A stretch of DNA of 64,000 nucleotides, from assembly GCF_009914755.1 (NCBI RefSeq), contig NC_060930.1; one strand, written 5' to 3'. Shown piece after piece: positions 20,024-36,740 of the stretch. The stretch is from the human T2T-CHM13v2.0 reference genome, Homo sapiens. A program made the translations under genes and the position numbers. The first letter of the stretch is position 1, and each line of letters starts with the position of its first letter. The notes beneath the pieces were generated by a model. It had not been told where the DNA came from and did no database searches. It saw only the letters and a list, made by a program, of their open reading frames with translations.

Positions 20024-22358
20024 TGAGCTACCACACCTGGTCAAGTGCTTTCTCAGTGTACTGATATAATCTATAGCAGTGCTGTCCAGTAGAATTTCTG
20101 CAATGATAAAAATGTTCTACATCTGCACTGCCCAATATAATTGCCACTCACATAAGCTAATGAGCTCTTGAAATGCAGCTAGTATGATTGGGAAATATTC
20201 TTTAACATTTTATTTGGCTTTAATTTTTTTTTTTTTTTTTTGAGATGGAGGGGACTCATCCAGGCTGGAGTGCAATGGCACAATCTCGGCTCACTGCAAC
20301 CTCCACCTTCCAGTTCAAGCGATTTTCCTGCCTCAGTCTCCTGAGTAGCTGGGACTACAGGTGCATGCCACCACGCCCAGCTAATTTTTGTGTTTTTAGT
20401 AGAGAGGGGATTTTGCCATGTTGGCCAGGCTGGTCTCAAACTCCTGATCTCAGGTGATCTGCCTGCCTCAGCCTCCCAAAGTGCTGGGATTACAGGTGTG
20501 AGCCACCGTGCCTGGCCAGCTTTAATTAATTTAAATAGCCACATATGACTAGTGGCTACCATTGGACAGCAGAGTTATAGAGGCAAACAATAGTTATATG
20601 TATGTGCTTGTATATACAGTGTATATACAGTGGGCATACTAAAAACAGATATACTGGCATATTTGAATTGATTATATAAATAAAAAATAATATATCTTTA
20701 CAACTTGCTGTTTTAGTTCGACCTTTCTTTTTTTCTTTTTCTTTTCTTTTTTTTTTTTTTTTAAGAGAGACTAAGTCTTGCTCTGTCACCCACGATGGAG
20801 TGCAGTGGCATGATCATGGCTCACTTCAGCCTCAAACTCCTGGGCTCAAGTGATCCTTGCATATCAGCCTCCCAAGCGTGTACCACCATGCCCGGCTAAT
20901 TTTTTATTAATTTTTGTAGAGATGGGAGTCTCACGATATTTTCCAGGCTGGTCTCAAACTCCTGGCCTCCAGTGATCCTCCCACCTTGGACTCCTAAAGT
21001 GCTGGGATTATAGGCGTGCACCTGCCCATAATGCAATTTTAAATAGTAGCAGTGGTAGCAGCTTTCCTTGTGTTGTTTCCAACATTAAAAAGCACGTTGA
21101 ATTACTGTTGTTGGAGATTTTATATAGCTTTTTAGTAGATACCTTTTATTGAGTTAAGAATTACAATAGCAGAAAATAAATATAAGTGTTATGATTCTGA
21201 TTTTTTAAATCCCAGTTGCTATCTCTTTTTTGTTGGCTGATATAATTATGTGTGACAATGTGTTGTTGTTTTTAATTTTTTTCCCCACATATTAATTCAA
21301 AAGATAAGAAAAAAGTTTTCTACCCCTGCTTTTTTTTTTTTTTTTTTTTTTGAACACCTAGACTTGAGTACAGTGGCGTATGCCAAGCAAGAGATTGGAG
21401 CAGGGATCCATTTAAACAGAGAGCTACACAGTTGGAGTTTGGGAACACAAATGCCTGAGCTGGAAGGTGTCTATTATAACTCCTCCCTCTACTGGGTGGG
21501 TTGGTTTAGGGATTCAGGGGTCAAGCCAATTGGAAAACACATAAGTGGACAACCTCTGAGGGCTGACTTCTGACCTTGGAACAAGAATGTCTTTGAGAGG
21601 AGGAGGACATGGGCAAACCTGACTCTGGTCACCTTTCCATGAGGAACACCTACAAGCTCTGAAAGTGGTGAGAATCCACAGTGGCCGAATGGAAGGTCAA
21701 CCTTGACAATCCTGTTTGAGCCCGGGAAGCCTAACCTGCATCTTGGGAAGGATCTATAGGAGATGGGCTGGCAGAACAATCCAAAAGGGTTCCTGACAAA
21801 GAAATACAGGACTCAGAAACTGACATTCAACATCAAGTATCAGACTGCAGAAATAAGCCCAGGGCATAATGTGATGGAGGACTCAAGATATTAGGAGAAA
21901 TCATTGAAAAAGTTAACGCCAGGTTAGTTAAAGTGAATTATTTCAAGTTCAGGCCATTGGCTGCAACCTCCACCTCCTGGTTTCAAGCGATTCTCCTGCC
22001 TCAGCCTCCCAAGTAGCTGGGATTACAGGTGCCCGCCACCATGCCTGGCTAACTTTTGTATTTTTAGTAGAGACGGGGTTTCATCATGTTGGCCAGGCTG
22101 GTCCTGAACTCCTAACTTCAAGTGATCTGCCCACCTCAACCTTCCAAAGTGCTGGGATTATAGGCGTGAGCCACTGCGCCTGGCCTAGAATATTTTTTAA
22201 TGTATGTAGTAAATCCTACGGCAGCCATTAAAAATTACATCAGTAGATGAAATACAATACAATCATAAAAATGCTCAATTAAAATCAGAGAAGGCGGCGG
22301 GGCGCGGTGGCTCACGCCTGTAATCCCAGCACTTTGGGAGGCCAAGGCAGGCAGATCA

Positions 22359-22661
<303 letters not shown>

Positions 22662-23466
22662 TTAAAACTTAGTCCCTAATCTTCCACAGTCTACAGCAGT
22701 TTATATGGAAACACTGTCTCCTCTAAAATCCACAGCCAGTTGTGGGGAGATTTTGCCATCCAATGTTGCTGGGACCCTTCAAAACTAAATGAATAAGGGA
22801 AATGAGTTACTCATTCAATTATTCATTGGAAGAATCAGCTGAGTGCCCAAATGTGCCAGGCACTATGCTGAGCACTTTGGATAAAAACTCTTAAGACCTG
22901 GCCATGCCTAATGAAGTACTCTTACTTGAACGGACAGAAATCTGGAAGGATCCTCCTGCTTAAAAGGTTAGGAATGATAAGCAAGATGGGAAATTACTTG
23001 AATATACCCAGATATGCATACCCAGGGAGAAGTTAGCCACAAAAGGAGGGGTAGATACAGACAGGTATATAACTGGACACAATTACAACAAATTAGATGA
23101 CTCAACAACAGAAACAGGAAATGGGAACTAACCCTTTACCCCATCTCCCCAGTTACAGCCACACAGGACAGAAAGGAGGGTGAGTCACACTGAGTAGTCT
23201 TGGTAGCCCAGCCTGGATGAGGATGCATTGACTAAAAGATCAGAACATTTGCAGAACAAGAAGTAAGAAATACCACAGAATTGACACTCAACTGAGGAAT
23301 GGCCAGGCATCAAAATAAGCAAATGGGATCTGGAAAAGTGAGTGCAACTGATAAAGTGGCCAAATGTAGAGACTGGTAGAGAAGTAAAATGTTTTAGAAA
23401 TTGATTTATTTCTTAAAGAAGAATTCTTTCTCTCCACCCTTCTACCCCCAGGTGTCAAAAACTAAA

Positions 23467-24397
23467 ATGAAGGTTTGGAGCTGTTATCTTTGTATCATTA
23501 CTCTTCAAATTATAATCATAGTCACAGTATTATACAATGTGCATGTAAGTCAACCAGACAGTGGTCAAATAGATGACGTAGGTGGTGAATATCAAGCCCT
23601 TTCCCGACTGCACATCTGTGACGCAGCCCTAAATGGGAAGACGGTGCAAGTATTGCCAAGCGCTTTATCCACAATGTTTGGAATAGATTCTTGCCCTTAC
23701 TATGTGCTAGAGAACCACTATATCACAACTCCTTTGTCCACAGAAGAAGCTGCATTCCCTTTGGCATATGTAATGACCATCAGTCAAGATTTCGATACGT
23801 TTGAATGGCTTTTCTGGGCTATTTACATGCCTCAAAATGTCTACTGTATTCACGTTGATAAGGCGGCCACGATTGACTTTAAAATTGCTGTGAGTGAATT
23901 ATTGGAGTGCTTCTCAAATGCATTTATATCCTCACAGTCTGAGTATATTATTTATGGTGGAAAATCCAGGCTCCAGGCGGACCTGGCCTGCATGAGAGAT
24001 CTTATAGCATCAACTGTTCAGTGGAGATATGTCACTAACACTGGTGATCACGATTTCCCCCTAAAAACCAACAGGGAGATAGTTCAGTATTTGAAAACAA
24101 TGAATTGGACAAACATTACACCTAATTTAGTGTCTGTTCTGAAATCTACTGAAAGGATCAAATATACCCATAGAGAGTACAGAACCAGAGCACACGCTTT
24201 TGTCCTAAAGAAGCATAAAAAGAAGAGCCCACCTCCACGTCAACTCAAAATCCACTTTGGCTCAAGTTACGTTGCCCTTACAAGGGAATTTGTCCATTTT
24301 GCTCTTTATAATAAAATAGCCATTGAGTTACTCCAGCGGTCTCAAGATACCTACAGTCCAGATAAACATTTCTGGATTACACTCAACAATATTCCAG
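23467..24397 (+). pseudogene. GCNT6: GCNT6/GCNT6P: GCNT2 exon-1-like GT14 cassette (signal anchor plus most of the catalytic domain). ORF is open but probably inactive
   Basis: Lies in ORF 23401..24537, with an acceptor at 23450-23451 and ATG at 23467. Hydrophobic anchor CYLCIITLQIIIIVTVLY. Motifs LSTEEAAFPLAY, AIYMPQNVYCIHVD, SRLQADL, DFPLKTNREIVQYLK and HFWITLN are collinear with GCNT2 exon 1. Homology ends at CCA G (931 nt, phase 1), followed by TTGAGT. Confidence 0.9.
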
Positions 24398-24433
24398 TTG
24401 AGTGTGGTTTCCTTTCTCATTTCTTTTTTGTTA

Positions 24434-24720
<287 letters not shown>

Positions 24721-25206
24721 TAATTTTTATTTTTCAATCAAGGTGATGTATAATTATGATTTTTAAAATCAAATATTATTAAAAGCCTTCTTATAATAAA
24801 GATTTATGGCCTTATGCCCTGCTCCTCCCCATGTGCAGTCCCAATTCACAAAAAAAACTGTCATATTTTAGCTGTTCCTCCTAATGGTGACTTCTATGCA
24901 AAGAACATGCTTATGCTGCCATTTCTTGATACATTAATTTTAATATCAAGTAGCAATATCCTGTTATAGTGGTTAAGAATGCTTATATCCTCTACCCACA
25001 AATTTTCCTTATCTCTTTTAATATTGTGATTTTAAATCAATTGTCAATATTTACATGATCATAACTATGAAGCTATTGTTCATAGCTGCCAAGGACTCTA
25101 CATTTTGTTTTTCCTGAGGTTTATGATTGCCTCAGGTTTTTTTCTTCCGTTACTTCTTATATATACTTATCACTAATTATTTCAAAATGCTTAATCTCAT
25201 CGGTAA

Positions 25207-25455
<249 letters not shown>

Positions 25456-25983
25456 TGATCTCGAACTTCTGGGCTCAAGTCATCCACCGGCCTCAGCCTC
25501 ATGAAGGTGTGAGCCACTGCACCCAGCCATGTTCCACTCCTTATGCCCTCCCAGTCTGGCTTCCTCTGACCTCCCAATCTGGACATTGTCTCTATGGGCC
25601 TGTTGTCTGCATTTATCTTACCTGGAAACTCTCTTCCTTGTTATGATGTTGAATCTTACATTCCATAGAATCTACATTATCTATCTTTTATATCTATCTT
25701 TATCTATCTTTGAATATTTAAGAATTAAATAATACGAACTCACACATGTGCTTCAAAATAATCTGAGGGTAGATGGGGAAGTGAATCATGATTAGTTTAT
25801 AATTATTGATACTGGATGATAGGTATGTCAGAGTTAATTATTGCTCTACAATTTTCGTGTGTTTAAAATCTTCTATAGTAAAAAGAATTTAAAACCTTAA
25901 TAGCTGTTTCATTTTTTGAAGTTATTGTAAATAGGATAGTAATTTCTGTTATGTTTTTCTGATTATTTTACTTTGTTTATTGA

Positions 25984-26391
<408 letters not shown>

Positions 26392-27561
26392 TAATGTGCA
26401 AATAAATGATAAATTAACCTAACTTCCAAAGGTGAGGTACATTTGTTTATCTAATTTGTTAACAACTACTTTCAGAATAATAGTATTGATAATGGTAATC
26501 CTCTTATTCTTAACTGTAATAAGAAACTTTCTAGGTGTGTGTTTGGTGAGTGCATACTTGTTTGTTGGGGATGGGAAGGGAGCCTTTAGCATCTTTCTCT
26601 ACTTTTTCCAAGTCAATTGTCTACTTAGAGTTTTCATCTCTTCTGGAGTTGGTTTTTGATGAATTATATTTCCCTGGAAAATTATTCATTTCATGTAGAT
26701 TTTCACATTTATTTTCAGAGTTGAACATATGCATCTCTTATAAATCTTTTAAATTCTTTATATATCTACCGTTAATTTCCTACTTATCAATTCTTATTTT
26801 GTGTAACTGTGATTTTTCTCTTTTTCTTTAAAAAATTAGCTCAGCTAACAGTTTCTTGCTGTTTGTTTCAATTCAAAGACCCAACACTCAGATTTCACTT
26901 ATTCATTCTGCCATTTTTTTCTTTGCAAATGTATTAATTTCCAGTTATTATTAATTCTTCATTTTGCTTTTATGAACTTTGTTTTGGTATTCTTTTTCTA
27001 ACATTTGCTGGTAGATGTTTGTTTCTTTTTCTTTTATTCCTCCTTGTTTATTAATTATTTAAAGCTGTAATTTTCTTCTGGTCACTGCATTAGGTACGAG
27101 ATTCTCATAAGTTCTAAGTAGGCTTTTCATCACTATTTTCTAGATATTGTACAATTTTAATTTCAGCTTCCTCTTTGACCAAAGAGTTGTGTGAGAAAAA
27201 AAGGTGTTTTTTGTTTTGTTTTGTTTTTTGGTTTTTGGTTTTTTTAAGACAGAGTCTTGCTCTATCGCCCAGGCTAGAGTACAATGGTGCGATCTCAGCT
27301 CACTGCAACCTCCACCTCCCAGGTTCAAGCGATTTCCTGCCTCAGCCTCCCAAGTAGCTTGGGATTACAGGCACCCGGCACCACGCTCGGCTAATTTTTG
27401 TATTTTTGGTAGAGATGGGGTTTCACCATATTGGCCAGGGTGGTCTCAAACTCCTGGCTTCAGGTGATCTGCCTGCTTCAGCCTCCCAAAGTGCTAGGAT
27501 TATAGGCATGACCCACTGCACCCAGCCAAAAAAAAAAAAAAAGTTTTTTTAAAGTGTCAGG

Positions 27562-27580
27562 TGGCATTTAAAAAATTTCT

Positions 27581-27607
<27 letters not shown>
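27562..27607. repeat. (TG)n microsatellite, ~23 units
   Basis: Seen directly. Confidence 0.95.
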
Positions 27608-27629
<22 letters not shown>

Positions 27630-28310
27630 AAATTAGTATTTAATTTTTCTCTTTTATTCCATTTGATCACAGAATGTTATCCGTATTATTTCTACTTCGC
27701 GGAAGTTGTTTGCTCTGTGGCTGCATCTATGATCAGTTTTAGCAAATGTTTTATGGACACTTGAAAAAAACATGTATTCTTGGTTTTCAAGGTATAAAAT
27801 TCTACATATATTCATATAAATTAACATGCCTTATTTGGTATGTTTTAGGTATTATAACTTTTTTGTAATCTGTTTATTGGCTCTGTCAATGCTTAATTAA
27901 AGGGAAGTTAAGCCTACTAGAACTTTGTTTCTCTTCCTCTTGCAGCATCCTTCCCCTGGGTTGTTGTTGTTGTTGTTTTGAGACAGAGTCTCGCTCTGTC
28001 ACTCAGGCTGGAGAGTGCGGTGGTGCGATCTAGACTCACTGCAACCCCTACCTCCCGAGTTCAAGCGATTCTCCTGCCTCAGCCTCCCGAGTAGCTGGGA
28101 TACAGGTGCCCACCACCATGCCCAGCTAATTTTTGTATTTTTAGTAGAGACAGGGTTTTGCCATGTTGGCCAGGCTGGTCTCAAACTCCTGACCTCAGGT
28201 GATCCGCCTGCCTCGGCCTCCCAAAGTGCTGGGATTACAGGCGTGAGCCACCACGCCTGGCCCTTCTCCTGCCTTTCTAACAACAATTATGAGCTGGCAA
28301 AGAAGAATTT

Positions 28311-28415
28311 CAGGATCCAGCTCCGATCACAAAGGAGGATACATTTACAGCTGAAAGGATTTTTACAGGATCCAGCTCCATGATCACAAAGGAGGATACA
28401 TTTACAGCTGAAAGG
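28311..28415. repeat. Tandem duplication with a ~55-bp period (28311-28358 and 28366-28415)
   Basis: caggatccagctcc(at)gatcacaaaggaggatacatttacagctgaaagg occurs twice. Confidence 0.92.
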
Positions 28416-28859
28416 CAACAAGTTAGTAACTGGCACAGTCCACCCCTTTGGCTATTGTTTCCATTTGTATCCCTACAGGAATTTGGACTTCCATATAACA
28501 ACAAAACAACTCTGTTTCCACCTGGGACACATCTACCCTTTGTGCAAGTGGGAAAGTTGTCATACTTTCTCTTAAACTAGGAGACACTCAATCTCAAAAG
28601 TCATTCTATCCATTGCTGGCTATATGAATGAATTACTCCTCCAATGTAGTCCAGTCCAACAGAATATTCTGTTACCTAAAGAATAAATAATAGAGTTAAC
28701 CTCCCATAACCAGTATATAAAATAACAATGGGAAGAAGGAAAATTAGAAATGGTTAGCATATATAAATATATACAAGCAAAGCTACTATAGTCCTCACTT
28801 TTATAATTGGCCACAAGATCAATTATAAAATCATATCTATGACTTTCTTCTTCCACTTC

Positions 28860-30750
<1,891 letters not shown>

Positions 30751-32385
30751 CTAGAGAATTTTCTTTTTTGTCTTTTTTCTTTTTTCTTTTTTCTTTTTTT
30801 GAGATGGAGTCTCACTCTGTCACCTTGGCTGGAGTGTTGTGTTGTGTTCTTGGCTCACTGCAACCTCTGCCTCCTGGGTTCAAGCGATTCTTGTGCCTCA
30901 ACCTCCTGAGTAGCTGGGACCACAAGCGTGTGCCACCACGCCCAGCTAATTTTTGTATTTGTAGTAAAGACTGAGTTTTGCCATGTTGGCCAGGCTGGTC
31001 TCGAACTCCTGGCCTCAAGTGATCTGCCTGCCTCAGCTTCCCAGGGTGCTGGGATTACAGGCGTGAGCCACCGCACCCAGCTTCAGAATTTTCTTTCACC
31101 ACTGCCCTTCAGTGTCACCCTGATGGGTTACAACTGATCTTACCACTTCAGCCTCCCAACTAGCTGGGGCTACAGGTGCACACCACCATGCTTGGCTAAT
31201 TTTTTTACTTTTGTAAAGATGGGGTCTCACTATGTTTCCCAGGCCGGTCTTGAACTCTGGACCTCAAGTGATCCACCTGCCCTCAGCCTCCCAAAGTGTT
31301 GGGATTACAGGAATGAGCCACACCCAGCCCAGAGGCATTTCTTTCAACTGCCCCCTGAACAGGAAAATTCACTCGCTAGCTCTCAACCTTCTCACCCTCC
31401 TCTATTCATCTGTCTTCATTCAAGGCAGAATCTTCTGAAACATCCTGCATTCTTCCCTTTTCAATGACTCCCACATTCCTTTTAGTTTCTAAACCAGGAG
31501 GATTTATTGGATCCGATCCTTCCTTTCCATTCATGCCACACTGCCCTGGCTAGGAAGGAGCCATTGAGATATTTGAGTAGGCTTAAAATAAACAGATCTA
31601 AGGACAGAGATTCATTTATCTGACTGTCCCAGGCAGAATTAATCCTTCTTCCCCTCTACTCCCTTATCACTTTTATTTCTCCTCTGTGATTGGATTTCTG
31701 ACATTTTATCTAATGTCTATTTCTCTTCATATCCAGGTTGGGAATCCTTTTAGAAAAGGCTCAGTCATATTCAGTGCCCTTAATTCCTTATACACGGTCG
31801 AATTAAATGTTCACTGTTGAGTACTGTATGTAGTACTCCCTTACAGGCAACAGTAAACATTTGAATAACAATATGAATAAGTAGTATCTTTTCCAGCTCG
31901 TTTTGTCAGTATATTAAATTATATTTAAATGTTTAAAATATTAAATTCAGTTTTGTGCTAGCAATCTTGTAAGAAAAAATTTACAATCCAATATTTCACA
32001 GACTACAGCAACGCTGGTCACAAGGCTTTGGGGCCGTGTTTGTAGTAACTATTAACTACAAGATCCATGTGACTCCCATAGAATTCATGTTTATATTCCA
32101 AGAGAAATCAGAGTTACTCAGGATCAGCTGGATATGTACAAAAGAGTCACTTTTGAGGCCCACGATTGTTGTTAGATTAAAGGACTTGCTTAGCTGGGCA
32201 TGGAGGTGTGTGCCTGTAGTCCCTAGGCTACTCAGGAGGCTGAGAGAGGGGGATGGCTTGAGCCTGGGAGGCAGAGGTTGCAGTGAGCTAAGATCGTGCC
32301 CCTGCGTGCCAGCCTGGGTGATAGAGTGACTCCTCCATCTCACACACACACAAAAAAACTTGAGATAATGATTCGGTTCCATGTA

Positions 32386-32611
32386 TAGGTTGAGCACCCC
32401 AAATCCAAAATTCTGAAATCCAAAATGCTCCAAAATCTGAAATTTTTTGAGCACTAACATGATGTTCAAAGGAAATACTCACTGGAACATTTAGGACTTC
32501 AGATTTTGGATTTGGGATGCTCATCCAGTAAGCACAATGCAAATATTCCAATATCTGAAAAAATCCAAAATATGAAACACTTCTGGTGCCAAGCATTACA
32601 GATTCAACCTG
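32386..32611. mobile_element. Tigger4/MER46-type MITE
   Basis: TIRs taggttgag and ttcaacctg with TA flanks, plus internal inverted aatccaaaat repeats. Confidence 0.75.
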
Positions 32612-34015
32612 TAATACATCAGCAACATCAATAATTAACATTTATTGAATTCTTAGTATGTGCCAGGCACTGTGCTAAGTGCTTTCTAAAGACTGTCTCA
32701 GTTATTCATCCTGACATTCCCATGATACAGGTCCTGTGTTGATTTTTCCTTTTACAGAAGCAGACATTGCCACACAGCTAACAAGTAGTGAAATGAAGAT
32801 TCAAACCAAACTATTTAATATGAAACAAGTACTTCTCCCCTATCTCATGATGGCATAGACGATTTTTCCATTTCTAAAACAATCTGACATTTCTTTTCTA
32901 GTGTAAGGACGTTATCATGTTAAAATAAACTTTTACAAACACCCCCAAACCTGCCCATTGCCCCAGTCTGATTTAATCTAACCACTTCCTTCATCCCCTT
33001 GCAGCTTGCATAACTAAACACCATCACTTCCCCTTTTTTACACATTTTACTCCCTTGACCTTCCCCTTCTCCATTCATCTCTTCCTAGCTTATTTTTCTT
33101 TGCCATTCATAATACCTACTGTCAATCTGTCTTTTTGCAAACATTCTTTTTGCCCCTTTGTCTTTTGGTTGTACCCATCTGGAAATCCACAGTCCTATAA
33201 CAAATTCAGATATCCATTATCTCTACGTTTAGACAGCTGAGCATTAGCGCAGAAATTGCACAACCAAGCAGAACATTATCTCTGTATGTTCTCAACCTAC
33301 TGCTTCAACTGGATCCTCAATTCCAGCCAGGCAGTTGCTATGATGATCTGATCGTCACACATTTCCACTACCAGCAACGACTACTTCAGACTTTCTCCTC
33401 TCTTCTCAAACTTCATATAATTAACGCATGTCAGAAAATATTATTCTTTTGATTTTTTTCCCGTAACCATTCAAACATATAAAGACAATTCTTAGCTTGC
33501 GGGCTATACAGAAACATATGGCCAGCCCAAGGGCCAGAGTTTATGCCTTGTTCTAGGTGTTCTCGTCACCCTTACAACCTTAATTACTATCTACACATGA
33601 TAATTCCAAATTTAAACCTGGAGCTCAAATACATTTTTAAAGTTCGAAACGCACATGCTCAACTGGTTTCTCAACCTCTCCTCTTGGGTGTCTCACTGGG
33701 TCCTTAAAATCAGCATATCCCAAGATGACCCCAACTCCTCCCTCACTCCACAAATCCAAACAAGCACCAGGTTCTGCTGAGTCTACATCCTGTCTATTTC
33801 TTGTAACCATTCTATTCTTACCATTCACTCTGCAATCATTCCAATCCATGCCATCTTCATCATTTGCTCTATTGCAACTGCTTCCTGATTGGTCTCCTAA
33901 TATCTCCCCGTCCCCTTGCAACCCATTGCAGCCAGTCTAATATTTAAAAACACAAATTTGATAGGATTACTTTCCTGCTTCAAGCACTTTTGCCACTTTG
34001 CCAAAAAGTCTTTAA

Positions 34016-34607
<592 letters not shown>

Positions 34608-36740
34608 TAAGAAATCCTTCCCTACCCTGAGACCATAAAAATATTCTCCCATATTTTCTATTAATTGTTTTTCTGGTTTTGATTTACCATTTTAACATAT
34701 CTGAAAATTATTTGTGGGGAGCGGCATAAGCAATACATCTAATATTATCTTTATCCATTTGGATAGCTAATGTTTCCAGTACCATTTATTGAATAGTGCT
34801 GATTTTTAGTGCTATTTCCTTCTCAGTCCAAGTTCCTTGGGTCAGTTTCTAAGCTATTATTTTCCATTAGTCTATTTTTTTAATAGCAATAGCATCATTT
34901 CAGTTATTATGCTCAAAATGTTCTTGGCTATTTTTGGTCCTTGCACTTGCCAATTAGTACTAGGTTTAGCTTGTAAGGTTCTGATAAGAATTCGGCTGTG
35001 ATTTTTACTGGATGATGTCAATAAAAAGTTAGCACTCCCCTTCAGTGGATAATATCAAAAAGCCATAAGAAGAATGAGAAGTAGAAACTCTAACTTTATT
35101 GAAACTAGAAGAAATAGAAACTGTAAACCACAAAGTATGTGAAGGAGCTTCCAAAGCAGCAAAGATCAAACAGTGTTGCATGTGGGAAGAAGCAGGCAGG
35201 GGATATTGATTTCCACAAATCTCAGAAAGAGCCAGCAAAGTCGACTTCTCCAAGGTGAGAGGACACTCTTAGAGGAACAAAAGCACAAGTCCTGGCTTAT
35301 TTTTATAGCAGTGCGATCAGAATGCCTGAACTGACAGAAAGAATGTCTATGGACCTGGTTTGGTTCCAAAGAAGCAAAGGCAAAGAGGCTAAATGAGCAA
35401 ACTCACGGATAAGTTGGATGTATAACTCCCAACCAAAAATCTACTGCAAACATGTTATTCTTTTTCTTTTTGAGACGGAGTCTTGCCCTGTTGCCAAGGC
35501 TGGAGTGCAGTGGCGTGATCTTGGTTGGCTCACTGCAAGTCCCGCCTCCCGGGTTCACGCCGTTCTCCTGCCTCAGCCTCCTGAGTAGCTGGGACTACAG
35601 GCACCTGCCACCACGCCCACCTAATTTCTTTTTTCTTTTTTCTTTTTTTTTTGTATTTTTAGTAGAGATGGGGTTTCACTGTGTTAGCCAGGATGGTCTC
35701 AATCTCCTGACCTCGTGATCCGCCCATCTCGGCCTCCCAAAGTGCTGGGATTACAGGCATGAGCCACCATGCCTGGCCCAAACATGTTATTCTTAAAGAT
35801 GAAATCTCAGAAGTATTTTATTTAAAGTAATAAGGATGACATTACCACTTTCATATTCAACATTTTAAAGGAAACTGTAGCCAGCTCGATAAGGCAAGAA
35901 AAAGAAAAAAGCTATAAGAGTTGAAAGAGAAAGACCTTTTCTGTCAAAAGTAGAAATTAGGACAGGAGGAGAGGATACACCAGATTTATCAAATCTTTGC
36001 CTCTACTTTTTAGGCAGTTCTTAGGCAATTTCTTCACAATTACCATGAGCACCAAAATAATGTTATCAACAACTACTTACACTTAACTATGAGTTTAACT
36101 TATTTCTCTGCTTGCTATGTTTTCTTATATTCCATTTATCTCTTTCTTAAATTAATATTTTATAAAATTAGAGTACATATTTGGGTAATTATTAATAAAT
36201 GTTCTGAAAGTAGTATACACTATTTGAGCTCTTATATTTGTTTTCACTCTTGAATGATAGATTTGTTGGGTACATAATTCTGAATTTAAGATAATCTCCC
36301 TTGGAACTTTGCTCTGATCACTTTTTGTATCAAATGTCACTAATGAGGACTCTGTTACTAATTAGATCTTTTTCCTTTCTAGATAATCTATTTGCTATAT
36401 AATCTTTTAGGATTTTTTTTTCTTTGACTTTGAAGACTTGAAATTTTATCAGAAAGTATCTAATGTGTGGATTTCTTTTAAAAATTAACTGTCTGACACT
36501 CAATAGTTACTTTAAAAGACAAGCTCAATGGCACATGCCTATAATACCAGCTGCTCAGGAGGCTGAGGTGGGTGGATAATTTGAGCCCAGAAGTTCAAGA
36601 CCAGCCTGGGCAACATAGAAAGACTCCACCTCAAGTTAAAAAAAAAAAGGCACTTTTAATCAGAAGATTCAAATTTTTCTTTAGCTCTTGAAAACGGTTT
36701 TCTAAATTTTTTTGATAGGTCCTCTTTCATTCAAATAGAG

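Noticed and set aside
23401-23466. N-terminal extension of the 378-aa ORF
   Set aside because: It starts at TTG and spans a polypyrimidine tract and acceptor; the credible start is ATG 23467.
32000-32190. Possible GCNT6 exon-2 remnant (LLRISW vs NLRAIKW)
   Set aside because: Similarity is too short, and length and splice sites do not match a 93-bp phase-1 exon.
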